Assembly: GCA_964016885.1 (NCBI GenBank)
Contig: OZ024742.1
Coordinates: 186,186,001 to 186,250,000 of the forward strand
DNA from: Eledone cirrhosa
Lineage: Eukaryota
Direction: 5' to 3'
DNA length: 64,000 nucleotides
Shown here: in pieces, positions 50,301 through 63,644 of the stretch
Layout: every line of letters starts with the position of its first letter
How positions within the stretch are numbered: the first letter of the stretch is position 1
Notes under the pieces: model-generated
Databases searched by the model: none
The model's input: the letters and a program-made list of their open reading frames with translations, nothing else
Told to the model about the DNA's origin: nothing
Program-made: the position numbers and the translations under genes

Positions 50301-51480
50301 CTCCTTTGGTGAGAAGATCCATCTGCTGCCAACACCCTTCTAACGAAGGGCTGGGGATGATGTGGTTGACGATGCGCAAACACGCGCTCAGGCTGCGGCA
50401 TCTCTACGTATTCCTCACCGGACAACCGGTGTGGGCCCCGTTCGTGAGGCGAGCCTTCCCACGACTCGTCTCGCTGACCGAGCTGCAGTCCTGGGTCAAG
50501 CAAAGACCGAGGAAAATGGGCGACTGGCACATCGAATGTGCTCAGGCACTCACAGCCCTCTGGCAGGCGGACCCGGCGATCAGTGGAGACTCCACTTCGT
50601 CATTCTATAGAGGGTTGGTCCGCAGCAAGTGCGACGACGCGCTCGGTGAAACTCTAGGCGTAGAGGAAGATGAACTGGCCAGTCTGTTCGGTAGGACCTT
50701 CCACCCGGGACCGATGGACAACTTCCAAAAGTCCCTGGCCTGGCAGTGCTACCGAGGAGCTCTACCAGTTCGAGACAAGCTCTACAGACATGGGCGCCCG
50801 GGCAGGGACCTTGCAAAAAAGATCTGTCCGAGGTGCGTGCGAGACGAAGAAACCGTCGCGCACGCATTCATACACTGCCCGGGCGTCACTGACCTGTGGG
50901 GCTATGTAGAACGACTATTGTCGCGGGTGGGACCAATCCAGTTGACCACCGAGTCCATTGTCATGATCAAACCGCCACCCTCTTTCAAAAACGAAGGAGA
51001 GGCGGTTTTCCTTTGTGTGATAGCTATGGCGAAAGAGGTTGTATGGTGGACAAGGTTGAAAGGGCTGAGGTCAGACACCTTTCTCTCCGGCCAACAACTG
51101 ATTGTTTTTTTCAAATACCACTTTGGAAGAAGAATCAGGATGGAGAGAGAGGTGCTGTACCCCAGCAAGTTTTATGAAAGGTGGGTGAAAGTGGCGAGAA
51201 TGGCCCGAGTGAATGGGCCTTCTCTCTATAGCAGCCTGTAGGTTGAGGAAAAGGAGGAGGAGAGGAAAGGAGTACAAACTCTTCGTACTCCTGGAGATGA
51301 GGGTTGCACATTATTTTTCGGGGGTATGTGTTACCCATATAAACTGTCTCCCTCTATTGGGGAAAATCGACTAACTTTTTAAATTCCATTTGTGATAACA
51401 TTTTACACGTTTTTATTGTATGTAAACTTCCCCCTTTGTATTTGTCCCCTTCTTTTGTGCCTCTGTGGCTAATAAAGAAA
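47325..51480 (+). mobile_element. Near-complete Tx1/L1-type LINE (short or deleted ORF1; ORF2 = APE endonuclease, RT, zinc knuckle)
   Basis: ORF2 47809-51241 with one frameshift: NVRGL, ICES, VGDWN, SDH, KSPGLDG, FRPITLLN, DQSKAFDRVDH, RQGCP, YADD, CPRC...H...C. AATAAA at 51471; microsatellite flanks. Confidence 0.95.
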
Positions 51481-51794
51481 TATATCTATATATATATATA
51501 TATAAAGAAACATATCTCTATATATATGATGATGATATATATATATATATACACATATACTTAATTCTCTGTCTATGTGTATATAGATAAATACCTGGAA
51601 GTTCTATATATAAGTGCATGTGTAAATCATCATGTGCACCTGTGCATGTGTGTGTATGTTGCAGTATTGCTGCTGAAAGGGGTAGAAAAATAAAAAGGAA
51701 GAGGAAGTAGAGAGAGAAAGTATGTATTTTTTTTTATTTATTCAGGTTTAGTATTGAACTGTAACAATGGAATACAGAGAAAAAACTTGGTGTC

Positions 51795-53800
51795 AGGATG
51801 GTGGTGGTGGTGGTGATAGTGGTGGTAGCAGTGGTGATGGTAATGTGGTAGTGGTGATGGTGGTGGTGGTAGTGGTGGTGATACTTGTGGTGGTGGTGAT
51901 GGTAATAGTGGTGGTAGCAGTGGTGATGGTAATGTGGTGGTGGTGGTGGTGGTGGTAATGTGGTAGTGGTGGTGGTGGTAATGTGGTAGTGGTGGTGGTG
52001 GTGGTAGTGGTGGTGGTGGTAGTGGTGGTGATACTCATGGTGGTGGTGATGGTAATAGTGGTGGTAGCAGTGGAGATGGTAATATGGTAGTGGTGGTGAT
52101 GGTGGTAATGTGGTAGTGGTGGTGGTGGTAGTGGTGGTGGTGGTGCTAGTGATACTCGTGGTGGTGGTGATGGTAATAGTGGTGGTAGCAGTGGAGATGG
52201 TAATATGGTAGTGGTGGTGGTGGTGGTAATGTGGTAGTTGTGGTGGTGGTAATGTGGTAGTGGTGGTGATACTCGTGGTGGTGATGGTAATAGTGGTGGT
52301 GATACTCGTGGTGGTGGTAGTGGTGGTGGTGATGGTAATAGTGGTGGTGGTGATGGTGGTGGTGATGGTTGTGGTGGTGATGGTGGTGGTGATGGTTGTG
52401 GTGGTGATGGTGGTAATAGGGGTGGTGGCAGTGGTGGTAGTAGTGGTGATGGTGGTGGTGGTGTTGGTTGTGATGGTGATAGTGGAAGTAATAGTGGTGG
52501 TGGTGGTGATGGGGGTGGTAGTGGTCGTGATGGTGATGATAGTATTGCGGTTGAGATGGTGGTAATGGTGGTGGTGGTGATGTGGGTGGTGAAGGTTGTG
52601 GTGGTGATGGTGGTAATGGTGGTGGTGGTGATGGGGAGGTGGTGGTTGTGCTGGGGTGGTGGTGGTGGTGATGTGATGGTAGTGTTTGTGATGGTGGTGG
52701 TTGAGATGGTGGTGGTGGTGATACTGGTGGTGATAGTGGTGATGGTGGTGATGATGGTGGTGGTGGTGGTTGTAGTGATGGTGGTGGTGGTGGTTGTAGT
52801 GATGGTGATATTGGTGATTGTGGTGGTAGTAGTGGCAGTGGTGGTGTAAGGTAGGTAGTTAGCTATGATGTTAATGATGATGATGACGATGATGTGCGCA
52901 GGGTTTGCATGGTGTCATGTTGCATTGAAGACAGGAGGGGTGGGCCTGGCAGTAACAGTATCACAATGCAGTGGCCTAGTGCCCTCTGGTGGTAGTAGTG
53001 GGAGCAAAAAATATTGATTTTTGAGCCACAGTAGCAGCAATGGTAAAGGTTGTGGTGGTCGTGGGGTGTTGGAGTGTTGGTAGAGGATGTGGTGGTGGGG
53101 AGGTGGTGGTAGTGGGGAGGTGGTGGTGGTGGGGTGTTGGAGGTGGTGGTGGTGGGGTGTTGGTGGTGTTGGTGTGATGGAGTGTTGGTAGAGGTGGTGG
53201 TGGGGTGTTGGTGGTGAGGTCTTGGTGGTGGGGTGTTGGATGTGGTGGTGCTGGGGTGTTGGAGGTGGTGGTGGTGGTGGTGGGGTGTTGGTGGTGGGGT
53301 GTTGTTGGTGTGATGGAGTGTTAGTAGATGCTGTGGTGGTGGTGGTGGGGTGTTGGAGGCATTGGTGTTGGTGGTGGGGTATTGGAAGCCGTGTGGTGTT
53401 GGTGGTGGAGTGATGGAGTGTTGGAGTGATGGAGTGTTGGTAGAGGCTGTGGTGGTGTGGTGGGATGTTATAGGCAGTGGTGGTAGTGGTGGTGGTGTTA
53501 GTATGACACCGCACTAGATAGATGATACCTGCTTGGCTGGCTGCCTGCTTTCTAGGTTGTCTATCATATCTGTTGTATTGTAGCAAGTGGGGGGATGGGG
53601 GGGGGGAGGCGGACCAGGGTGCAGTAACGAGGGGAGAGGGTAGGCAGAGGTTACGGAAAAGTGAAATTTAAAACTAGAGGGTGGTGGTTGTGGTGATGGT
53701 GGGGGGTTGGTTGTTTTGGTGGGAGTGGTTGTAGGGTGGTTTTGGTATCAGTGGTGGTGGGGTGGTTTTGGTGGCAATGATGTGAGAGAAGGAGTAGAGG
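51795..53800. repeat. About 2-kb G-rich (GGT/GAT/AGT)n low-complexity repeat
   Basis: Seen directly. Confidence 0.92.
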
Positions 53801-53941
53801 GGAGAGTTGGCTTTCTAAGCGTCTAGGAATGAACACTTGTATATCGATAATTGAATATTTAAACAGAATGTATATTATATATATTTGTGTCTAGGAATGA
53901 ATGTGTATATATGTATGAGTGTGTGTACATGTATGTATGTG

Positions 53942-53972
<31 letters not shown>

Positions 53973-54154
53973 TTTAAAGTTTTTTTCTTTTACTTTTTAG
54001 TAAGGGAGGGAATGGTAGTACCCATGACTCGTTTTTAGGGACTCTGAGGTTGGTGGGAGAGAGATGAGTGGGGGGCAGGAAGTCATCCTCAGACGTTGAG
54101 TGCTGACTCAAGTACTTACAACAGAGTGAACTCTGCTAAAGACAGCACACGACA

Positions 54155-55085
54155 GGGTGACAGATTGTCTACTACCCACAGTAGAGATGACACCCCAAAA
54201 ACTAGATGATGGTGTATGGGTGGGTGACAGATTGTCTACTACCCTCAATAGAGATGACACGCCAAGGACCAGATGATGGTGTATGGCTGGGTGACAAATT
54301 GTCTACTACCCTCAATAGAGATGACACCCCAAGGACCAGATGATGGTGTATGGCTGGGTGACAGATTGTCTACTACCCACAGTAGAGATGACACCCCAAA
54401 GACCAGATGATGGTGTATGGCTGGGTGACAGATTGTCTACTACCCTCAATAGAGATGACACCCCAAGGACCAGATGATGGTGTATGGCTGGGTGACAAAT
54501 TGTCTACTACCCTCAATAGAGATGACACCCCAAGGACCAGATGATGGTGTATGGCTGGGTGACAGATTGTCTACTACCCACAGTAGAGATGACACCCCCA
54601 AAGACCAGATGATGGTGTATGGCTGGGTGACAGATTGTCTACTACCCACAATAGAGATGACACCCCAAGGACCAGATGATGGTGTATGGCTGGGTGACAG
54701 ATTGTCTACTACCCACAATAGAGATGACACCCCAAGGACCAGATGATGGTGTATGGCTGGGTGACAGATTGTCTACTACCCTCAATAGAGATGACACCCC
54801 AAGGACCAGATGATGGTGTATGGCTGGGTGACAGATTGTCTACTACCCTCAATAGAGATGACACCCCAAGGACCAGATGATGGTGTATGGCTGGGTGACA
54901 GATTGTCTACTACCCTCAATAGAGATGACACCCCAAGGACCAGATGATGGTGTATGGCTGGGTGACAGATTGTCTACTACCCTCAATAGAGATATGACAC
55001 CCCAAGAACCAGATCATCGTGTATGGCTGGGTGTTAAATTAAGTCAGCTACCCTCAGTAGCGAAGATACCCAAGGGCCAGAAGTA
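54155..55085. repeat. 67-bp minisatellite, 13 copies plus a degenerate 14th
   Basis: Unit GGGTGACAGATTGTCTACTACCCTCAATAGAGATGACACCCCAAGGACCAGATGATGGTGTATGGCT starting at 54155, 54222, 54289 ... 54960. Confidence 0.95.
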
Positions 55086-55263
55086 GTGAGGGCTGATCTC
55101 AAATCACTGAGACTCACAGAGGAGATGAAGGAATGTGGCGAGCATAAATCACACACACATACATACAATGCATACATACACTTGCATGTAAAATCCACTT
55201 ACATATACGTTATATTCACAAGCACACATACAGCTGCTTCACTATATACACATTCCCATGTAT

Positions 55264-55731
55264 ATCATCATCATCATTTTACGTCTGCTTTTCCCTGCTT
55301 GCAAGGGTGGGATGGGTCTTATTCAGCACAGCATCTCTCCACTTGTCACGGTCCTTCGTCATCTCCACCGTGAGCTTCAACGATCTGAGGTCTGTTCTCA
55401 CCACCTCCGCCCATGTTTTTCGTGGTCTACCTCTACCACGTCTTCCTTCAATTGGTATTTCCTGGCACTTCTTCACCCATCGGTCATCCTCCATGCACAT
55501 CACATGTCCATACTTCCTCAGTCTCCTCCCTCGTACACTACATTCTATCCCTCTCAGACACAGTTTCTCTCTCAACACATTCATGGTGGGTCGTTCACGC
55601 CCATTTACACTGCACATCCAACGGAGCATGCTTGCCTCATTTCTCTCCAGCCGTCGCATATCCTCTGCAGTTGCTGCCCATGTCTCACTACCATGCAGCA
55701 TCGCGCTCCTCACACAGGCATCATACAACCG
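55264..55731 (-). mobile_element. RTE LINE 3' fragment
   Basis: ORF 55279-55782: RLYDACVRSAMLHGSETW...GRPRKTW. Confidence 0.9.
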
Positions 55732-57619
55732 TATATCTGGTTTAGAATTTGGACACCGTATCCCTGCATGTTGTAATTGCAACTAAAAGGGTTAGTGTCA
55801 TGAAGGGCTGTAAAACATTGCCTTAAAAAACCCTTTCCAACACATGCCAACATGGAAATGTCAATATATGTGATGATGATGATGATGATGAGGATAAGGT
55901 TTAAGCTACTAAACCAAGACTATATAACGTTTTTTAATCTATTGAATTAGAAAATCTTTTGAGAAATATGTTTTAGTGACTGAAAAAACCAGAACATGTT
56001 GGTGCAGGAAGCTGATCAATAGGACAGTACCGAACAGCAATGTTGATCGGTCAGTGGTCAGCAGTCTAGTATTCTTGTCAGTGGTGCTCTTTTTGTAAGT
56101 ATTGGGTTTGGAAAGTCCTTATAATGGCCATCTGTGCTTTGGCCTTTTGCCAGATAGAGTAAAGAGTTCTATTCAATTGCTTCATGATATTATAGTATTA
56201 AACACTGAGACCTGTGTGCATGTGTGTGTATATGTGTATATATTGTGAGTATATGGGTATATATATGTGTGTATTGTGTATCTGTGTATGTGTAATATAT
56301 ATCAACATTATTTACGGCCCTTTCCATTCTGAGTTCAAATGTCGCCGAGGTCAACTTTGCCTTTCATCCTTACGGGGTCGATAAAATAAAGTACCAGTAA
56401 TGTACTGGGTAATTGCTTGCCTTGTGCCAAAAGTAGAAACAATTATTTTTATGCCTGTTTTTTCCATGCTTCCGTGGGTCATCACCATCATCATCATCAT
56501 TGTCACTGTTTAACGTCCATTTTTCCATACTAGCATGGGTTTGATGAGTTCTCCCATTGTGAGACAAGCCAGAACAGATGACCGTGTCTTGCTCATATAG
56601 AACTGATTCTGGCTTGGTTTCTATTTGTATTGTATGTATGTATGTTAATGTCAGGCCACTCTTCAGTGCTACTGGTAACATGTAAGCCAGTACAACCTGT
56701 ACATGGTTGGGTCGTCAGCGACTAAACCGGCAACCCCACCAAGCTTGGACACCCTGCGGGATGAAATACAAAGCCCGTCAAAGGGTGGAGTAATTCAGGA
56801 GAGTCAACGGCCATCCAATAAAGTTTTTTTTTGTGGAGCGAGAGACCCCTTGTCTTCATTAAGACATCTTTCTAGGAGAAGGTCACTCTGATATAAAACG
56901 TGCAGCTTTGTTTGAATATAATGATGTAGTCCAGTTCTTATTTTTGGGCAAATACATTTGATGTTCGGAGAGTGGGATTGGCCCTGTGCAAAGCTTTTCC
57001 TCACTTAAAAAAGTTTCAAGCACAGACATCGCTTGGTATGTGACATTTTTTGCAATGCATGGTATTGCTGGCCATAGACGGACTAAAACGCCATGCCCAT
57101 GATGCTCATGCTAAAGTACCAAGCGATAGCATTACTCAAATCAAGTTGCAGCCATCATGTATGTATGTACGAATATATGTATCACTACCATCATCAATGC
57201 TTACATTCCCTTAATACCAAGCTGTATATTTTAAAATGTTCATCATCATCATCATCACCACCACCACCATTTAACACCTTGCTAGTAATGGTTGGCTGGG
57301 TCATCACAGACCAAGTCAGTACTTAATCAGAGCCACTAAACTTTCAGCTCAGCTGGTGAGTTGCATATCACTTTACATTCCGACATGCTTCAGTGTGCTA
57401 GGTGCATTTTATCATGGCACCAATACTAGCAAGTTGCATTGACACAACGTTTTTTGGTAAGTTTTCTTTTGCTGGGTGCCCTTCCCATAACTAACCAGCC
57501 TACTAAAAGCCTACCATCATAATTCTATGAGAGAACCTTTGTTTCAATTATGTATCAAACACTAGCTTAATAATTAAAATGCTAGTTATACAAGTGACTG
57601 AAATGGGGTTCCTCCAAAG

Positions 57620-57960
57620 GGGGTCTTTGGAGTAACGTTACTTGATAGAGTGCGTATCTCGGAGATCAGAGAGTCACTCCAGGTAGAGCCGCTACTTCTC
57701 TGAACTGAGAGATCACAGCTTTGATACTATGGGCATGGTGTTAGAATGTCTTAGGAAAGAATCGTTGGACAGATTTCACAGGAAAAAACCAGCCGGCAGG
57801 AGACAGCAGGGGTAGACCTCCAGCAAGATGGTTAGATAACATCCAGCAATGTGGCTGGTCTCACTTGGGGATCCAACCGGATTAGTTGGAAATGGTTACT
57901 TCTGACAGGACCCGCTGGAAGGAGTGTTTGAGGACTCTGCCCCCACGATCTTTTTAGAAA
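57620..57960 (+). mobile_element. Old LINE (RTE-like) C-terminal fragment
   Basis: Degenerate translation ...IRESLQVEPLL...YYGHGVRM...GRPPARWLDNI. Confidence 0.6.
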
Positions 57961-58089
57961 TAAGTGGGCAAAGAAAAAGAAAAGAAGTTATTTTACTAAA
58001 TTCTTCTAAATTCTTGATTATTTTCCAGATTAACTGGGACTTATATAATTATAAAAGGGATAAAGAAACAAAAGGTAAAATATACAAAC

Positions 58090-58196
58090 CTGTTGAAATC
58101 TGAGACATATTTGTGAATACAGGAAAATGCTTGATAGAATCGTGTGAGAATTTCAATGTGGTTTTCTTTGAATTCATCATCAAGATCTTGTAGGTC
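58090..58196 (-). CDS. WASHC5: WASHC5 second coding exon (107 nt)
   Basis: [35 protein letters not shown](R) continues the strumpellin sequence. AAG acceptor (AG at 58198-58197), GTTTG donor, phases 0/2 fit both neighbours. Confidence 0.93.
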
Positions 58197-58535
58197 CTTA
58201 ATAAATGAGATAGACAGAAAAATATTCATCATCAAGATCTTGTAGGTCCTAAATAAATGAGATAGACAGAAAAATATTCATCATCAAGATCTTGGAGGTC
58301 CTTAATAAATGAGATAGACAGAAAAATATTCATCATCAAGATCTTGTAGGTCCTTAATAAATGAGATAGACAGAAAAATATTCATCATCAAGATCTTGTA
58401 GGTCCTAAATAAATGAGATAGACAGAAAAATATTCATCATCAAGATCTTGTAGGTCCTAAATAAATGAGATAGACAGAAAAATATTCATCATCAAGATCT
58501 CATAGGTCCTTAATAAATGAGATAGACAGAAAAAT
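58172..58535 (-). repeat. 7 x 52-bp tandem repeat spanning the WASHC5 intron/exon junction
   Basis: Units start at 58172, 58224, 58276, 58328, 58380, 58432, 58484; each is 27 nt of intron plus 25 nt of exon on the minus strand. Confidence 0.95.
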
Positions 58536-59196
58536 AAACATCCACTATTGAGATCTTGTATGTATGTTTGGACCTGTAACTCCTGATGGAGTCAGAGGGG
58601 CACTGTGTTAACATACAGTGCCTCTTGAGAGCTTTAAACCTGGCAGAGTCCATCCTCTCTCTAGGTCTGAACATAACCAATTTCTTTCAAAGAATGAGAT
58701 AGATAGATAGATAGAGAGATAGAGAGAGAGAGAGTAATAGATAGGAAGTGTGAAAGAGATATGTAGGAAGAATTGAACCCAGTAGTGGACTGGTATATTT
58801 TTTTTATTGACCTCGATAGGCTGAAAGGCAAAGTTGACCTTGGTGGGATTTGAACTGAGAGCACAGACAGCTGAAACGAATATCACAAAGCATTCTATCC
58901 AACATTTTAATGACATTGCTAATTTGCTGCCTTCTGAGATTTTCTGTAGGTCATTAATAAATGAGAGTCAGAAAAATGAAAGTTTGATGAACTGGTAAAA
59001 GATGTGGAGAGTCACAAGAATGGAGGGAGATAATAAAAAAAAAAGAGAAATATAAAGATGGTACTGTATGTAATAGTTGGTATATTATATATAACAAGTG
59101 TTTTAAGGCCATTTTCTCTATTAAAGAAATTGTAACCATGTGGGCTTCATATTGATCATGGGAAGGGGATAAAGATAATATTGTATATATTGGAAG

Positions 59197-59235
<39 letters not shown>

Positions 59236-59559
59236 ACATCCAGTCCGAAACAAATGAGGTCGTGTAGGTGTCGCGACAAAAAAAACACACAGTCCACGCT
59301 GTAATGTGGCCATGTAGGTAATACGGTAAAAACCTCCCAGTCCACACTGTAAACGTGGTTGGTGTTAGGAAGGGCATCCAGCCGTAGAAAACCCGCCAGA
59401 CAGTCCTGAGCAAGACAACCAATCTTGCCTCAAGTGGGACAATTCCCGTCCAGACCCATGCTAGCGTGGAAAATGGACATTAAACGATGATGATGATGAT
59501 ATATGTATATATATATAATTGCTTCTTTGATTCTGTAACTGTCAATTTTGATAGCTGGT

Positions 59560-60950
59560 TCCTCTGTTGGGCCAGCTGGGGACAGTCTTTTGTCATCTCA
59601 CCCATCTTCCACATTCATTTAACCTTTTGTAGAAACATTTCCAGAACCTTGGGGGGGGGGGGGCATCAGTGATACTAAGTGCACCAGTGTCATTTTGTAC
59701 ACACATTTCCCCAACAGCATCCATGTTATTATGGACACACTGCTTAGCAATGCAGAACGCCTCATGTCTCTGGTCCTTATGTTGCAAGACACTGCCAAAC
59801 CTACTGCTTTCAGTTACTTTCCCTGCTATGTGTACCCATTGTCTAGCTTCTCTTTTAGCTGCATAATATTGATCTTTGCTGCTCCCATTTTTCCAGTTTC
59901 TCCATGCCTGTTTCATCATCCATAGCGCTGTTCCACCACCAGGTCATTCTGTATGGCTGGTGCTTTTCTTCAACCACAAATCTCCTCATTAGCCTGCAGT
60001 AGGTTGTCTCATAGAAACTTCCAATTGCCCCCTCTGTCATATGTATCTAACATCTCCTCCCTTTTGCCATATCCATCATGTAAAGCATTTCTAAACCTTC
60101 ATTTAACAGAGAGGTCCTCTAGATTCCATACTCTCCTTCTTCATATTTTCCTGTCTGTCTTGATCCATTTTGTGCTTATTCTGATATCACTAATAACTAA
60201 CTTACATTGTATGATGCAGTCTTCTCTGGGGAAGGACTTATCATTCATAATCATCTGGCTGTCATATTTTTTTAACAAAGAGTCAATCTGGTTTGTGTAT
60301 TCACCTGATTGGGAGGTGATCAGGAGGCTGGCTGATTTCTTGAAATTAATGTTGTAAATATTAAGTTCATTCACATTACAAAATTCTAGGAGTCTAACCC
60401 TTTCTTTATTTCTCACACCATAACCATATCCACCAAACACTCCAGTGTATCCATCCTGGTGCTGCCCTACATACCCATTGACATCACTAGTGAGGATAAT
60501 GAGGTCTCTGTCATGTGTAACTGAGATTGTCTGTAGAAGTTCCTATTAGCGGCAGTCCTTTTGTTTCTTACTTAGTCCTGTTTGCTGTGCATAGCTCGAG
60601 ATAACTATCATCATTCTTTTGCCTATGACTATTCTGAGCTTGATAATTATGTCATTTAATCTAACTACCCTGATTACTTTATCCATTTTTCAGCTAGTAC
60701 AATGCCTATTCCTTTTACCCCATCATCATTTCCAGTCTAGAAAAGCTTATATTTACAGTTTGCCTGTGATGAGTCTTGCTGAGGCACCCCACTCCTTTTC
60801 ACCTCTTAAACATAGTATACATTCATTTGTCTCCTCCTCCCAAATAACTCAACAATTTATCCAGTCTACCTTTCAGAGTGCCCACATTGAGCGTAGCACT
60901 GTTACCAAACAGTGGTGATTAAGCCATCCTTTGGTAGGGCAGTATCTCTC
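59560..60950 (-). mobile_element. Old RTE LINE endonuclease/linker fragment
   Basis: GGYGYGVRN.E..RLLEFC...NQID, TWWWN, REAR..V..A; heavily degenerate. Confidence 0.8.
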
Positions 60951-61406
60951 TTGATGAAGGTCGAAGGGTTCTCATACATGGCTAAGTTAGCCCTCCGCTC
61001 ACTAATATGCACAGCACTAACAACAATAAAATTAAGCCTTAGCTTATTTGTTAACATATTTCTAATGAAATACATTGCCTAAATTTTTTAAATAATTTTG
61101 AAAAAAATGTAAAAAATTAGGCGGGATTGAGTAATAAACTTTCTAATTAATAAGGTACTCTTTGGGGATACCAACACCTTGTGAATGAAATTTGACAGAT
61201 GGAAACTCTGCAGTAGTATGTGTGTGTGTGTGTGTATTTATGCCCTTTAACTTAGAGATTCAACAAAAAATGACTAGACTTGCAAAAATATAAAGACAAT
61301 TAAGTTCTGGGGTCAATATGAACAACTAAATCCTTTCAAGGCAATGTCCCAGCATGACTACAGTCCAATGACGAGTAAAAGAATAAAAGAATAAAAGAAT
61401 ACTTAC

Positions 61407-61631
61407 AGGCCTGTTGTCAATTTTGGTGTCAAACTGTTCCGTGTTCTTGAAGTAACTGAAATCTGAGAGGATCTCTCCATATTTTGCCTGATCCTGACGG
61501 TTATCCTGGCGGAACACAGGGGGTATATAGTCAGACAGTCGTAGCAACTCAGCTATAATAGCATTACCTCTTGATGTCAGATGAATCAAATTTTGGCCAC
61601 ATTGGTTATTTTCAGCTAGAAATTCTGTCAT
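61407..61631 (-). CDS. WASHC5: WASH complex subunit 5 (strumpellin), first coding exon (codons 1-75)
   Basis: [41 protein letters not shown]...[12 protein letters not shown] matches the strumpellin N-terminus as I recall it (human [37 protein letters not shown]). GTAAGT donor at 61406-61401, phase 0. An upstream polypyrimidine+TAG acceptor puts the exon start at 61689, implying a further 5' UTR exon. Confidence 0.95.
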
Positions 61632-62487
61632 GTTGACTTTGGTATGGATATAGCAGTAACCAGGGCTCTAAAACACTTTCTACTGGGATCTAGTAAAGAA
61701 AGTAAAATATAGAAATAAATAAAATAAAAAGAAAACAAGAAATACATAGTTACTCTCGAGCCTCGAATAATTGTCCCCCAATCGCTTATTAATTTTTCAG
61801 ATTTTTTCCAACACACACCAGTTTATTAATTTTTCAGATTTTGATGATGACTTTCTGCCCCTTTTTATTCTGCATTTTTTTTTTTTTCGAACACATACTG
61901 TCTGAAAACTGCCCCTATTTCTGTGATAAACACTGTTTGTTTGTTTAAAAGTATTTATCTTCTCCAGGTTCCAATTGTCAAGGTTTGTTCCCTTCCAAAC
62001 CCCCTTTGGGAGTCTTGGGATATGCATTCTTTGTGCATCCATCCCACACCTCCAAGGACAGGTCACAGGCTGATCGCCAGTTTCTACGGCATGAAATAGA
62101 GACTGCAATGTAAAAGTGTTTATAGCTAAAAAAAAACCAAAACAAATGTCATTATAATTTTATGTAAGGTTCTTTGTTAAGTTATATTCCACACACACAC
62201 CAGCTAGTAAAGATTTCTACTTTAGGCACAAGGCCAGTAATTCTTTGGACAGGGCAAGTCGATTAAATCAACCCCAGTGCGTTACTGGAACTTTATTTTA
62301 TTGACTCTGTTAAGGATGAAAGGCAAAGCTAACCTTGGTGGGATTTGAACTCAAGATCTAAAGGGCCATACCAGCTAATAATGAGAAAGTTAGTTATATT
62401 ATTAAACGCTTCCAAATCCTTGATTATTTTAAAAAAAAATGTCTTCATTAGAAATATGGTAAAGTAAGAGTTAATTATATCATCACC

Positions 62488-62557
<70 letters not shown>

Positions 62558-62711
62558 AAAAATTGAACGGGAACAAAACAGAGAGGCAGTACGAACAAAG
62601 GTTTATTAGTTTCACGCTCTTGAGAGTGGGGTAGTATATATATATATTCTTTTCATTTGCACATTGATAATAAATGCGATGGTGTGAGGTGTTAGAAAAC
62701 ATAAAAATAAA

Positions 62712-62748
<37 letters not shown>

Positions 62749-62929
62749 ATGAAAAGGATGCAAATCTATCATTCAAACTGTGTTGATTGATCACTGGCTT
62801 TCAAATGGAAATCAGAGAATGGTGGAGTGGGGTGGGGTGGGGGTGCAAATTATCATTAATTCAAGTATCTCTTTCCCCCTTCTCCCCTCTCGCTCTCTCT
62901 CTATATGTATATATGTATATATATATATG

Positions 62930-62987
<58 letters not shown>

Positions 62988-63611
62988 ACTTACTGGTAAT
63001 AGGATAGTAATTAATGACTATCTCTCACTATTTAGGGTTTGTGTATATATAATATATTACCATCAAAGGTTTTATTGCATACATAACCATAAATAGTACC
63101 CTTAATACTATATATATATATATATATATATATGTACATATACACTATCTCTATTTTTCTCACTGTATACACATTTTGTACACCCTCTCTTTTTCTCACG
63201 CACACACATGTATTTACATATACACACATAAATAATGTACATATATTTATACATGTATATGCATATAAGCCATGTCTAGGAGATTAATGACCATATTTTA
63301 TACATATTCATACCAATATGTTCTGCCATCAATACATACATATAAATATACACACTCACATACACATGTGCATATATAAACACATACATATACACAAACA
63401 CATACATGTGCATATATAAATACACACACACACTCACACATACATAAATATACACAGGCACACTCACACATAAACACATGCAATGTAAGGTAATTCAAGA
63501 GATTTTTCCTAATTATTATATCCCTTTTTCATTAAAAAAATGTAATATAATGACATACTGTTAATTTGATACAATGAGCAGTCGTAAATATATATATATA
63601 TATGTATGTAT

Positions 63612-63644
<33 letters not shown>

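Noticed and set aside
54155-55085. CRISPR-like array or ribozyme array (CAGATGA motif in the unit)
   Set aside because: Units are contiguous with no unique spacers and no cas genes; no GAAA or helix pairing supports a hammerhead.
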